Source of the DNA: Minisyncoccota bacterium
Lineage (GTDB): Bacteria; Patescibacteriota; Minisyncoccia; Phycocordibacterales; UBA2100
Assembly: GCA_035708165.1 (NCBI GenBank)
Contig: DASSSZ010000001.1
Location: 25,772-89,771, forward strand
DNA length: 64,000 nucleotides
Direction of reading: 5' to 3'
Shown here: positions 18,678 through 28,058 of the stretch, piece by piece
Layout: every line of letters starts with the position of its first letter
Numbering within the stretch: the first letter of the stretch is position 1
Made by a program: the position numbers and the translations under genes
Notes under the pieces: model-generated
What the model saw: the letters and a program-made list of their open reading frames with translations, nothing else
Told to the model about the DNA's origin: nothing
The model's database searches: none

Positions 18678-19088
18678 ATGCGTCGCGACGAATTCGAACG
18701 GCTGGTGGAAGAAGGCTACCTGGCCATTCCCGAGCAGTATCGGGCGAAGGTGAAGAATGTCGCGTTCCTAATCGAGGATGAGCCGGACGAGGAGACCCGG
18801 CAGGAGGAAGGGCTCGCGCCCGATGAGACGCTCTTCGGGCTCTACCGCGGCGTCCCGATCAGCGCGCGCGGAGACGAGTACGGCATGGGCATGTACATGC
18901 CGGATACGATCACGATCTATCAGCAGCCTATCGAAGCGGAAGCGGCGGGCGATCCTGAGCTCATCCGTCGCATCGTCGCCGATACGGTCTGGCACGAAGT
19001 CGGCCATTACCTCGGCTTCGATGAGGACGCGATCCGCGCGAAGGAGCATGAGCGCGGGATGGACGACTACCATCCGCACGAGGATTGA
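18678..19088 (+). CDS. putative zinc metallopeptidase-like protein (DUF1025/HExxH family)
   Basis: HExxH in WHEVGHYLGFDEDAI; size and acidic composition typical of this family. Confidence 0.65.
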   Translation: MRRDEFERLVEEGYLAIPEQYRAKVKNVAFLIEDEPDEETRQEEGLAPDETLFGLYRGVPISARGDEYGMGMYMPDTITIYQQPIEAEAAGDPELIRRIVADTVWHEVGHYLGFDEDAIRAKEHERGMDDYHPHED

Positions 19089-19113
19089 ACGCACGCGATT
19101 ACGCCTGCCGGCG

Positions 19114-19473
19114 CTAGCGGCTCCTGCCGTCGACCTTCTGGATCGTAAGCGTATCAGGATCCACGCCGTCGAGGCAGCGCGCATTGACCGCGTACATCAG
19201 CGCGCCGTCCGGGCCCGGGCCGCGCGAGAAGGCGGAGACGCCGCATGTCGAGCAGAAAAGGTGCGCGAGACGCTTGGTATTGAGACGGTATTCGGTCAGA
19301 TTGCCTTCGCCGGATAGGAACGTGAACTGGCCGGCCGGGATGAAGGTGAGAAGCCAGCCCATCAGCTGGCAGTGCGAGCAGTTGCATGACATGACCGGCT
19401 GCTCGAGATCGAGCGCCGCCTCGAAGCGGACGTTTCCGCAATGACAGCCGCCCTGGTATGCCACTATCGCCAT
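19114..19473 (-). CDS. GFA (glutathione-dependent formaldehyde-activating enzyme/CENP-V) family protein
   Basis: Zn-binding cysteine clusters GGCHCGNVRF and CNCSHC ... CSTCG. Confidence 0.8.
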   Translation of the reverse strand: MAIVAYQGGCHCGNVRFEAALDLEQPVMSCNCSHCQLMGWLLTFIPAGQFTFLSGEGNLTEYRLNTKRLAHLFCSTCGVSAFSRGPGPDGALMYAVNARCLDGVDPDTLTIQKVDGRSR

Positions 19474-19908
19474 AGGCGCAGTATACCGGATGGCGGATGC
19501 GGAATGCTAGACTGTGGCATGCGCGACTTCAGGCGGCGATCACGGGCTCCTGCGTACCATGGCGATGCGATCCGCACGCTCTTCCTCGCCGCAGCCGCGG
19601 GCATCCTTATCTCCATCCCGCTCTCGCCGGACGCATTCCCGCTGGGAACGCCTGCGCTCGTCTCGAGCGCGATCGCCCTTGTGATCGCTGCCGTCCTTAC
19701 TGCGCCCGGCCGCCGCGGCGTGCTCATCGCCGATTGCGGGCTCGCGGCCGCTGGATTCCTGCTCGCGGAATTCATCGCCGTGCGCGGACCCATTCTCGCG
19801 ATGCCGGGTCTCTTCCTCGCTCGCGAGGCGCTCGCGCTCGCGTTCCTGATCGCGCTCATCCTCGGCGCCGCGAGCGTGCGCGCACTGCCGCGCGCACGCG
19901 GCGACTAG
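19441..19908 (+). CDS. polytopic membrane protein, hypothetical (start uncertain; possibly 19504 or 19519)
   Basis: Ala/Leu-rich ORF with three or more TM helices; the 5' end overlaps the GFA gene start, so a later in-frame ATG is more likely. Confidence 0.4.
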   Translation: MTAALVCHYRHRRSIPDGGCGMLDCGMRDFRRRSRAPAYHGDAIRTLFLAAAAGILISIPLSPDAFPLGTPALVSSAIALVIAAVLTAPGRRGVLIADCGLAAAGFLLAEFIAVRGPILAMPGLFLAREALALAFLIALILGAASVRALPRARGD

Positions 19909-21164
19909 GCGTTGTCGCCTGCGACGGCGCCGCTCGTCCAGCACAGCTGGAGCGAGTAGCCGCCGGACGGGCGGGAGATGTGCAGGATATCGCCGACGAG
20001 GAAAAGGTTCGGGATCTTCTTCGAGCGGAACGTGCGCGTATCGACTTCCGAGAGGTCTACGCCGCCGTCCGAGACGACCGCTCGATCCATCCCCATGCGG
20101 CCGACGATCGTGAGCGGGAGCGCCTTCATGACATGCACGAGCGCGCGGCGCTCCTCCTTGGTCACGCTGTGGACCGGCGTCTTCACGTCGGCGATGACGT
20201 GCTGCGCGATGATCGCGTTCGCCATGCCGGCGGGCAGGATGCTCGGCAGCAGGTTCTTCACCTCCTTGTTCTTGTTCGCATCGAATGCCGCGCGCACGCG
20301 CCGCTCGAGCGCGTCGAACTCGGTATCAGGATAGAGGTCGATCGCAGCCGCGACCGGGCCATTCATCAGGAGGTCGCCGACCTGCTTCGCGCTATTGAGA
20401 ATGAGCGGCCCCGAGATGCCGAAGTGCGTGAAGAGGAGCTTGCCCGTCTTGCTGAACGCGCGCTTTCCTTCCGAGTAGAAACTGATCTTCATGAACGAGA
20501 GGGATGTGCCTGCGAGCTGCGGGATCCAATCGTCCGAAGGATCGGTCTCGAGCGGCACGATGCTCGGGTTCGGCTCATGCACCGCGTGCCCGAGCCGCGC
20601 AAGCCAGCGGAAGCCGTCGCCGGTCGAGCCGGTCTCCGGATGGGAGAGGCCGCCGGTCGCGAGCACGACCGAGTGCGGCGCGAAGCGCGTGCCATCCGCG
20701 CAGGTGACCGTCGCGATCGAGCCGTCATCCGAGAGCGAGAGCTCGGTGACGCGCATGTCGGTCTCGACGGCGACGCCGGATTCCTGCATCGCTTTCTTCA
20801 GCAGCTTCGTCACGGCTGGCGCATGCTCGCTCTTGGGGAACATGCGCTGGCGCGCCTGCGTCACGAGCGGCATGCCGCGCGATTCGAAGAACGTACGGGC
20901 CTCTGGCAGCCCGAAGCGGGCGAACGCGCTGAAGAGGAACTCCGACGCATCGCCGTAGCGGGAGAGGAGCGCGCGCACGTCGGGCTCGTCATTCGCGATG
21001 TTGCAGCGGCCGCCGCCCGTGATGTCGAGCTTCGCGCCCACGCGCTGGTTCTTCTCGAGCAGGACGACCGAACGCCCGCGCATCGCTGCGCGGATAGCCG
21101 CCATCATGCCCGCGGGGCCGCCGCCGATCACCAACACATCCGTCTCGCGCGCGGCTTCATTCAT
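19905..21164 (-). CDS. NAD(P)/FAD-dependent oxidoreductase, HI0933/YhiN-like flavoprotein
   Basis: N-terminal dinucleotide-binding motif VLVIGGGPAGMMAA, GGRCN, C-terminal GG.S motifs typical of HI0933-like proteins. Confidence 0.85.
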   Translation of the reverse strand: MNEAARETDVLVIGGGPAGMMAAIRAAMRGRSVVLLEKNQRVGAKLDITGGGRCNIANDEPDVRALLSRYGDASEFLFSAFARFGLPEARTFFESRGMPLVTQARQRMFPKSEHAPAVTKLLKKAMQESGVAVETDMRVTELSLSDDGSIATVTCADGTRFAPHSVVLATGGLSHPETGSTGDGFRWLARLGHAVHEPNPSIVPLETDPSDDWIPQLAGTSLSFMKISFYSEGKRAFSKTGKLLFTHFGISGPLILNSAKQVGDLLMNGPVAAAIDLYPDTEFDALERRVRAAFDANKNKEVKNLLPSILPAGMANAIIAQHVIADVKTPVHSVTKEERRALVHVMKALPLTIVGRMGMDRAVVSDGGVDLSEVDTRTFRSKKIPNLFLVGDILHISRPSGGYSLQLCWTSGAVAGDNA

Positions 21165-21192
21165 AGGAGATATTGACCCACATAAGAAATCA

Positions 21193-21885
21193 ATGTACTG
21201 TATTTTCAGGAAAAAGAAAGGACTGAAAGGAATCGCAGTGCAATCCGCAGTGGATGTCTACGTATTCGCCGCCATGATCCTCAAGGACGATTTCATCTCG
21301 CCCGAAGCCGTCATGCGTGCGCGGTCTCTTGCCTACAGCGATGGCCAGCGGGAGGCGCTCGCGCGGTCGCTGCCATCTCCCGATGAGATCGCCTGGTACC
21401 GCGCTAATGACATGCTCCTCATGCCGGGGCCTCCGAGAGCGATGTCGCTCATCGAGATCCGCGCGCTCAATCCTGATTATTTCTACTTCGATGTGATGCT
21501 CATGGGTGCAGGGCGCGAACACGCTTGGTATGACGAGGAGCCGTTCGCCCGCTCTGAGCGCGCGGGCGCGAGCGGATGGATCGCGTTCAGCACGGCTGCG
21601 CTCCCCGATTCCTTCGAGAGGACGCATGAGGCAGAGGAAGCGAATAGCGTCCGGCCGCTCATGGCGTTCAATGTCGCGGAAGTGGCATGGGTACTTTCGA
21701 CGTACCGGGCAGTCCGCGGCACAAGCCTGCTCGAGGGCACCGATATCCTCACGGCGAGCCGCCACTCGAACGGGCGCAGCGTATTCGTGCGGAGCCTCCC
21801 GCTCCTCATGAGCATCATCTGCTACCGGGATAAAAGCTCGCCCCCGCTCCGGAATCCGGCGGATAGCCGGCAGTACATGGCCTGA
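21193..21885 (+). CDS. hypothetical protein (230 aa)
   Basis: in-frame ATG just past the oxidoreductase start on the opposite strand; no recognisable motifs. Confidence 0.4.
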   Translation: MYCIFRKKKGLKGIAVQSAVDVYVFAAMILKDDFISPEAVMRARSLAYSDGQREALARSLPSPDEIAWYRANDMLLMPGPPRAMSLIEIRALNPDYFYFDVMLMGAGREHAWYDEEPFARSERAGASGWIAFSTAALPDSFERTHEAEEANSVRPLMAFNVAEVAWVLSTYRAVRGTSLLEGTDILTASRHSNGRSVFVRSLPLLMSIICYRDKSSPPLRNPADSRQYMA

Positions 21886-21929
21886 TCGCATTCTTCAGCC
21901 CTCGCGCATGCGCGCGAGGGCTTTTCTTC

Positions 21930-23105
21930 GTGATAAAATCGATGCCTATGCCGCATGAAAGCCTTGATGCGTCCTCGATCGCGCTGCACGAGCAGGCGCA
22001 CGGGAAGATCGGCACGTCACTCAAAGTGCCGCTTGAGGATATGCACGACCTTGCGCTCGCGTATACGCCCGGCGTCGCGGCGGTCTCGAAGCTCCTTGCC
22101 GCGCATCCCGAGCGGGCGCGCGACGTCTCTATCAAGCGCTCGACCGTCGCGATCGTGACGGACGGTTCGGCTGTGCTGGGCTTAGGCAATATCGGCCCTA
22201 TGGGCGCCTTGCCGGTGATGGAAGGGAAGGCAGCGCTCTTCAAGCGCTTCGCGGATATCGATGCGTTCCCGATCTGCCTCGATACGCAGGACACGGAAGA
22301 GATCGTCCGGACCGTGAAGCTGATCGCGCCGGCCTTCGGCGGCATCAACCTCGAGGATATCGCCGCGCCGCGCTGCTTCGAGATCGAGGCGCGGCTGTGC
22401 GCCGAGCTCGCCATCCCGGTCATGCATGATGACCAGCACGGCACGGCCGTCGTCGTCCTTGCGGCGCTCATCAATGCGCTCTCGCTTAGGGGCATGACGG
22501 CGGGGGAGGTGCGCGTCGTCATCAATGGCGCCGGCGCAGCCGGTATCGCCATCACGGATCTCCTGCTCGCGCACGGCGTTACGGATCTCGTGCTCTGCGA
22601 CAGCAAAGGGATCGTGAGCGCCGCGCGCACCGACCTTGCGGGAGAGAAGGCGCGGCTCGCGGCGAAGACGAACCCGCGCACGCTCGTCGGCACCCTCGCG
22701 GACGCGATGCGCGGCGCGGACATCTTCATCGGCGTCTCGAAAGGCGGCCTCGTCTCGGAGGATATGGTCCGTTCGATGCGTGCGCAGCCGGTCATCTTCG
22801 CGATGGCGAACCCGGAACCCGAGATCATGCCGGAGCGTGCGAAGGAAGCCGGCGCGTTCATCGTGGCGACGGGCCGTTCGGATTTCCCGAACCAGGTCAA
22901 TAACGTGCTGGTGTTCCCGGGCGTCTTCCGCGGCGCGCTCGATGCCGGCGTACGCGACATCACGGAACCGATGCTTCTCGCTGCCGCCGCGAATCTCTCG
23001 GCCATGGTGACGGCTCCCGCACCCGAGAAGATCCTTCCCGGTCCGTTCGAGGAGGGGGTGGCCGAAGCAGTCGCTGCTGCGATCCGCGAGAGCGCGGCCG
23101 CGTAG
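21930..23105 (+). CDS. NAD(P)-dependent malic enzyme (short bacterial type)
   Basis: malic-enzyme N-terminal and NAD-binding domains (LALAYTPGVA, AIVTDGSAVLGLGNIGP, VVINGAGAAGIA). Confidence 0.85.
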   Translation: MIKSMPMPHESLDASSIALHEQAHGKIGTSLKVPLEDMHDLALAYTPGVAAVSKLLAAHPERARDVSIKRSTVAIVTDGSAVLGLGNIGPMGALPVMEGKAALFKRFADIDAFPICLDTQDTEEIVRTVKLIAPAFGGINLEDIAAPRCFEIEARLCAELAIPVMHDDQHGTAVVVLAALINALSLRGMTAGEVRVVINGAGAAGIAITDLLLAHGVTDLVLCDSKGIVSAARTDLAGEKARLAAKTNPRTLVGTLADAMRGADIFIGVSKGGLVSEDMVRSMRAQPVIFAMANPEPEIMPERAKEAGAFIVATGRSDFPNQVNNVLVFPGVFRGALDAGVRDITEPMLLAAAANLSAMVTAPAPEKILPGPFEEGVAEAVAAAIRESAAA

Positions 23106-23288
23106 CCGGGGAGGGCCTGTACTCGGGCGGCTCTCTGTGGTATGATTGCGCCGCAATCCCCTGACGCGTGTCACCCGGCCTGAAACAGACAGACGAGGAA
23201 GACAGGCAGCCTTGCGCTCAAGGCATACGGGAGACGGTTGCGTTACTCCGCGGCTCTGAGCGATGCGAGCCCATCACTGGATACCATA

Positions 23289-24569
23289 ATGAATGAACGC
23301 ACAGGTCGCGGGACGCGTTCCCGCGGATCACGCCGCTTCGGAAGCGGTGATGGCGATTATCAGCAGCGACGCGGCGGCGGGCGCGGCAGGGGCCGCACCG
23401 ACGGGAGCCGCGGCTTCGGCATGCGCGGCGGCCGCTCGCGCGGGCGCAGCCGCGAGCAGGGGCAGTACATCGACCCCGCCAAGTTCGTGAACAAGGCGAT
23501 GCCGGTCGAAGAGACCGCATACGTGCCGCAGCACCGCTTCATGGATTTCGATCTCGATGAGCGCGTGAAGGCGGCGATCGCCTCGCGCGGCTATGACACG
23601 CCGACAGCGATCCAGGACCAGTCGATCGAGCTCACGCTCGAGGGCAAGGACGTGGTCGGCATCGCCGACACGGGCTCCGGCAAGACCGGCGCATTCCTCA
23701 TCCCGCTCATCGACAAGGTCGTGCGCGGCACGGGCGAGCATGTGCTTATCATGGCGCCGACGCGCGAGCTCGCGATTCAGATCGAGGATGAGCTCAAGCT
23801 CCTCGGCAAGACGCTCAGCATCTACTCGGCGTGCTGCGTGGGCGGCGCGAACATCAACCCGCAGCTGAAGGCGCTCTCGCGCGACCCGCACTTCGTGATC
23901 GGCACGCCGGGCCGCCTCAAGGACCTGATCGAGCGCGATGCGCTCGACCTCTCCGCATTTCACTCGGTCGTCCTCGACGAGGCGGACCGCATGCTCGACA
24001 TGGGCTTCATCGCCGACATGCGCCAGATCCTGGGCCTGACGCCCGCCGATCGCCAGACGCTCTTCTTCTCGGCCACGCTGAGCCCTGAGATCGAGCGCCT
24101 GATCGGTGAGTTCCTCCGGGACCCGGTGCGCGTCTCGCTCAAGACCCGCGACACGTCGCGCAACGTCGAGCAGGACGTCATCCGCGTCCCGCGCGGCGCC
24201 GACAAGTTCGAGCTGCTCGACCTCGTGCTCCAGAAGCCGGAGGTGCAGAAGGTGATCGTCTTCGGCCGCACCAAGCACGGCGTGGAGAAGCTCACCCGCA
24301 TGCTGCAGCGCGAAGGATACCCGGCGGTCTCCATCCACGGGAACAAGTCGCAGGGGCAGCGTCAGCGCGCGCTCAAGCAGTTCAAGGACGAGGTCGCGAA
24401 GATCCTCGTGGCGACCGACGTCGCCGCGCGCGGACTCGATATCCCGGACGTGACGCACGTCATCAACTACGACCTGCCGACGACGCATGATGATTATGTG
24501 CACCGCATCGGCCGCACCGGCCGCGGCTCTGCCCGCGGGACGGCGTGGACCTTCCTCGACGAGGCGTAA
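23289..24569 (+). CDS. DEAD-box ATP-dependent RNA helicase with N-terminal RG/RGG-rich disordered extension
   Basis: Q-motif, Walker A ADTGSGKTGAF, PTRELA, DEAD (VLDEADRM), SAT, HRIGRTGR. About 70 aa RGG-rich N-terminus; start at MNERTG inside the longer track ORF. 5'UTR of ~150 nt downstream of TGGTATGAT. Confidence 0.9.
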   Translation: MNERTGRGTRSRGSRRFGSGDGDYQQRRGGGRGRGRTDGSRGFGMRGGRSRGRSREQGQYIDPAKFVNKAMPVEETAYVPQHRFMDFDLDERVKAAIASRGYDTPTAIQDQSIELTLEGKDVVGIADTGSGKTGAFLIPLIDKVVRGTGEHVLIMAPTRELAIQIEDELKLLGKTLSIYSACCVGGANINPQLKALSRDPHFVIGTPGRLKDLIERDALDLSAFHSVVLDEADRMLDMGFIADMRQILGLTPADRQTLFFSATLSPEIERLIGEFLRDPVRVSLKTRDTSRNVEQDVIRVPRGADKFELLDLVLQKPEVQKVIVFGRTKHGVEKLTRMLQREGYPAVSIHGNKSQGQRQRALKQFKDEVAKILVATDVAARGLDIPDVTHVINYDLPTTHDDYVHRIGRTGRGSARGTAWTFLDEA

Positions 24570-24663
24570 GCGGGAAAGGGCTCGCAAAGGAAGCGGCGGC
24601 ACTCGGTGCCGCCGCTTCTTTTGCCATTGGGCGATGCGCGGCGCCCTGCTATAGTGTGCCGGT

Positions 24664-25158
24664 ATGCATCCGGACGCTGAGGCGAAGGCGATCGACACGC
24701 GCTTCCTCCTGCAGGTAGTGCAGCCGGGGCTCGCCGGCCTCATGGACGGCTCCGTCTCGACGCTCGCGCCGATCTTCGCCGCGGCATTCGCGACGATGGA
24801 TACGCGCGTCGCGTTCCTCATCGGCATCTCGGCCGCCACGGGCGCAGGCATCTCCATGGCCTTCGCCGAGGCGCTCTCGGACACGGGCACGGAGACAGGG
24901 CGCGGGCACCCGCTCATCCGCGGCGGCATCATCGGCGCGATGACGTTCCTCGGCGGCATCTTCCACACGCTGCCGTTCCTCATCCCCGACCTGCGCCTCG
25001 CGCTCGCGCTCGCATTCGCCGTCGTCGCGCTCGAGCTGATGGCGATCGCGTACATCCGCTACCATTTCTTCAGGATGAGCTTCTGGCTCTCGGTCCTGCA
25101 GGTGGTGATCGGCGGGGTGCTGGTGCTCGCTGCCGGCCTCCTCATCGGCAGCGCATGA
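24664..25158 (+). CDS. VIT1/CCC1-family (DUF125-like) membrane protein, short form
   Basis: SMAFAEALSDTG resembles the VIT-family SMAxGEY loop between TM helices; TGCTATAGT 9 nt upstream. Confidence 0.5.
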   Translation: MHPDAEAKAIDTRFLLQVVQPGLAGLMDGSVSTLAPIFAAAFATMDTRVAFLIGISAATGAGISMAFAEALSDTGTETGRGHPLIRGGIIGAMTFLGGIFHTLPFLIPDLRLALALAFAVVALELMAIAYIRYHFFRMSFWLSVLQVVIGGVLVLAAGLLIGSA

Positions 25159-25180
25159 TCGGGGCGGTATACTTGCCGGC

Positions 25181-25630
25181 ATGAAGCGCGCGCACGGCAA
25201 GGATGCGAAGGCGACCGTACTGGGGACGGCTGCTGAGACGCGCTTCGCGGCGCCCTTGTACGCCTCGCAGCCGGCAGCCGGCTTCCCTGCGCCGGGGGAT
25301 GACGCGATCGAGCGCTCGCTCGATATCCACGACCTCCTCGTGCGGCACCCCGCATCGACCTTCTTCGTGCGCGTCTCAGGCGAATCCATGGAAGGCGCCG
25401 GCATCTTCGATGGCGATGTGCTCTCGGTGGATCGCGCGCTCGAGGCGCGTGACGGGCACATCGTCGTGGCCGCCGTATTCGGCGAGCTGGTCGTGAAGCG
25501 GCTGGCATCCCGCGGCGGGAAGCGCTTTCTCGTCTCCGAGCATGAAGGCTATCAGCCGATTGCGGTGGATGGGGCGGACGATTGCGTGATCTGGGGCGTC
25601 GTGACCGGCTCCGTGCGCCAGTTCCTCTGA
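25181..25630 (+). CDS. umuD: translesion polymerase V accessory subunit UmuD (LexA-like S24 peptidase)
   Basis: S24 fold: SGESMEGAGIFDGDVLSVDR...HIVVAAVFGELVVKRL with catalytic Ser and Lys. Confidence 0.8.
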   Translation: MKRAHGKDAKATVLGTAAETRFAAPLYASQPAAGFPAPGDDAIERSLDIHDLLVRHPASTFFVRVSGESMEGAGIFDGDVLSVDRALEARDGHIVVAAVFGELVVKRLASRGGKRFLVSEHEGYQPIAVDGADDCVIWGVVTGSVRQFL

Positions 25631-25673
25631 GCGGCTTCATCCTCGCCCGCGGCCGGATTGCTATACTGAGGGC

Positions 25674-26924
25674 ATGTACGGCCTCATGGATTGCAACAAT
25701 TTCTTCGTCTCGTGCGAGCGGCTCTTCCGGCCGGATCTCGCGAAGAAGCCTGTCGCCGTGCTCTCGAGCAACGACGGGTGCATCGTGGCGCGAAGCCAGG
25801 AAGTGAAGGATCTCGGCGTGCCGATGGGCATCCCGTACTTTCAGGTGAAGGAGCTCTGCCGCACGGAAGGCATCACGCTCTTCTCCTCGAATTTCACGCT
25901 TTACCGGGACATCTCCGCGCGCGTGATGACGGAGCTCCGGGCGATCGCGGAGAGCGTCGAGGTCTACTCGGTGGATGAAGCGTTCTTCCGCGTACCGGAT
26001 AGCGCCACCGAAGGGCAGCTGCGCGCGATGCGCGAGCGGCTGGTGCAGGCGGTAGGAATCCCGGTTTCGATCGGCGTCGCGCCGACGAAGACCCTCGCGA
26101 AGCATGCGGCGGGTATCGCCAAGAAGGAGCGCGACGGCCCGGGCGTCCATATCCTCGACATGCAGGCGTGGCCCACGGACGCGAAGGATGTCCAGGCGAG
26201 CGGCATCTGGGGCATCGGCAGGCAGACCAGCCAGGCGCTGCGCGCCCATGGGATAGAGACGGTGGCGGAGCTCCTCGCCGCCGACCGCGCCTTCATCCGC
26301 ACGCTCCTGGGGGTCGGCGGCGTGCGCATCCGCGAGGAGCTTTCCGGCACTCCGGTGCTCGCCGGCAACGAGCGCGACGTGCAGGGGAGCATCGTGAGCT
26401 CGCGATCGTTCCGGAAGGCGGTGACGGACCTCGCCACGCTCGAATCCGCGATCGGCTATCATGTCTCGGCGATCGCCGAAGAGCTCCGCCGCGAAGGCTG
26501 GCGCGCGACGCGGCTCTCCGTTTCCATCCGGCCGAGCCTGCACGGGCCTCGCGCCGGATTCGGCCGCTCCCGCGACGTGCTCCTCGCGGAACCCACTGCC
26601 GGCACGCACGCGCTCTTGGCCGAAGCGCTCGGCGCCGTGCGCGCGATATTCGTGCCCGGTACGCCCTACAAGAAAGCAGGCGTCGCCGTGGGCGGCATTA
26701 TGCCGGATGCATCGGTCACGCAGCCGCTCTTCGTCGAGGATACGGCTGCGCGGCGCGCGGGTGCGCTCGATGGGGTGATAGACGCGCTGAACGCGCGGTT
26801 CGGCCGCGGCACGGTGGCAAGCGCAGTCGTGATGGGGACGGAGCGGTGGGCTGCATCCGCAGAACGCCGCTCGCCGGCCTATACGACCGACTGGGACGCG
26901 CTCGCGACCGCGAAGGCGGCGTGA
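25674..26924 (+). CDS. umuC: Y-family DNA polymerase UmuC (Pol V catalytic subunit)
   Basis: MDCNNFFVSCERLFRPDL... Y-family palm motifs (SVDEAFF), immediately downstream of umuD. Confidence 0.85.
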   Translation: MYGLMDCNNFFVSCERLFRPDLAKKPVAVLSSNDGCIVARSQEVKDLGVPMGIPYFQVKELCRTEGITLFSSNFTLYRDISARVMTELRAIAESVEVYSVDEAFFRVPDSATEGQLRAMRERLVQAVGIPVSIGVAPTKTLAKHAAGIAKKERDGPGVHILDMQAWPTDAKDVQASGIWGIGRQTSQALRAHGIETVAELLAADRAFIRTLLGVGGVRIREELSGTPVLAGNERDVQGSIVSSRSFRKAVTDLATLESAIGYHVSAIAEELRREGWRATRLSVSIRPSLHGPRAGFGRSRDVLLAEPTAGTHALLAEALGAVRAIFVPGTPYKKAGVAVGGIMPDASVTQPLFVEDTAARRAGALDGVIDALNARFGRGTVASAVVMGTERWAASAERRSPAYTTDWDALATAKAA

Positions 26925-27014
26925 TGGGGATAACCCGTTTGCGGATGCGGGCGCCGGGCGTATCGTGTAAGAGGCTGCCGGTTCACTCCCTCCCGGCTGC
27001 CGTGTCAGGACTCG

Positions 27015-27042
27015 CCGGCCACGATCGTGGCCGGTCTTTTTT
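27015..27042 (+). terminator. intrinsic terminator (CCGGCCACG/GTGGCCGG stem plus TCTTTTTTG)
   Basis: perfect hairpin followed by T6, ~90 nt downstream of umuC. Confidence 0.6.
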
Positions 27043-27045
27043 GCG

Positions 27046-27212
27046 CGTCCTTGCGCGCGAGTGCGAGCGGCGCTACTATACGGACGGATGCTGCCGCTTG
27101 GATGGGCCAGTCCGCTCCTCCCGGCACAACTCGTTCGCGGCAGTGTCCTCCCCTGGTTGGTTCATAAGAACGCAACTCAACCGCCCTCTTGGCCAGAGGG
27201 CGGTCTTTTCTG
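27046..27212 (+). ncRNA. candidate small transcript bounded by two intrinsic terminators (function unknown)
   Basis: ~165-nt non-coding-looking segment between the 27015-27042 terminator and a second hairpin plus T-run at 27181-27210 (CCGCCCTCT/AGAGGGCGG). A TACTATAC -10-like box is at ~27071, and the methyltransferase -10 (TAGAAT) follows directly. Confidence 0.2.
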
Positions 27213-27227
27213 TAGAATCATTCCATC

Positions 27228-27998
27228 ATGACTCATGCCAAGAGGCGGGATACGGGCTGGGGCGCGATCGCCGCAGGGTATGCGGACGGATTCACCGGCA
27301 AGGGGGATTCGTACCATGCGCGCGTGATCCTGCCCGGCGTGCTGCGGCTCATCGATCCTTCGGCGTACCGCCGCGTGCTCGAGGTCGGCTGCGGGGATGG
27401 CTTCTTCGCCGCCGCGCTCGCTGAGGCGGGCGCCGAGGTCGCCGCGTGCGATATCGCCGCACCCATGATCGAAGCGGCGAAGAAGCGCAGCAGCGCCGTC
27501 GAGTGGGCCGTCGCGCCTGCGAACGACCTCTCGCGCTGGCAGGACGAATCGTTCGACGCCGTCCTGATCGCGCTCGCGCTCCAGAACATCGAGGATTACC
27601 AGGGCGCGATCGCGGAAGCGGCGCGCGTGCTTGCGGAAGCGGGCGAGCTCATCCTCATCCTCAACCATCCGGCATTCCGCATCCCGCAGAAGAGCAGCTG
27701 GGGCTGGGATGAGGAGACTGGCACGCAGTATCGCCGCGTGGACGGATACCTCTCGGAGAGCCGCGCTACCATCGATATGGATCCGGGGAAGGGGACGGGC
27801 GCGCACCGCACGACGATCTCGTTCCACCGGCCGCTGCAGGTCTATGGGAAGGCGCTCGCGAAGCACGGCTTCGCCATCGCGGGCATCGAGGAGTGGATCT
27901 CGGACAGGGAGAGCCAGCCGGGCCCGCGCGCTGCCGCGGAGAACGGCGCCCGCAAGGAATTCCCGCTCTTCCTCATGCTCCGCGCCGTGAAGATTTGA
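27228..27998 (+). CDS. class I SAM-dependent methyltransferase
   Basis: motif I VLEVGCGDGFFAAALAEAG, motif II FDAVLIALAL. Confidence 0.85.
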   Translation: MTHAKRRDTGWGAIAAGYADGFTGKGDSYHARVILPGVLRLIDPSAYRRVLEVGCGDGFFAAALAEAGAEVAACDIAAPMIEAAKKRSSAVEWAVAPANDLSRWQDESFDAVLIALALQNIEDYQGAIAEAARVLAEAGELILILNHPAFRIPQKSSWGWDEETGTQYRRVDGYLSESRATIDMDPGKGTGAHRTTISFHRPLQVYGKALAKHGFAIAGIEEWISDRESQPGPRAAAENGARKEFPLFLMLRAVKI

Positions 27999-28058
27999 CG
28001 TTTCGGCCCGCGCGTCGTATTCTTTGCCCATCAACGCCGCCAGGCATTTTTTATTTGC

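Noticed and set aside
26925-27230. Possible SRP RNA, RNase P RNA or riboswitch in the umuC/methyltransferase spacer
   Set aside because: None of the conserved SRP (GGAAGCAGCCA), RNase P (GNAANNUCGGGC...ACA) or common riboswitch cores could be found by eye. Kept only as a generic candidate sRNA with low confidence.
26168-27424. 418-aa + ORF spanning umuC 3' end, the intergenic terminators and the methyltransferase 5' end
   Set aside because: It reads through two intrinsic terminators and is out of frame with both real genes; Arg/Gly-rich composition artefact.
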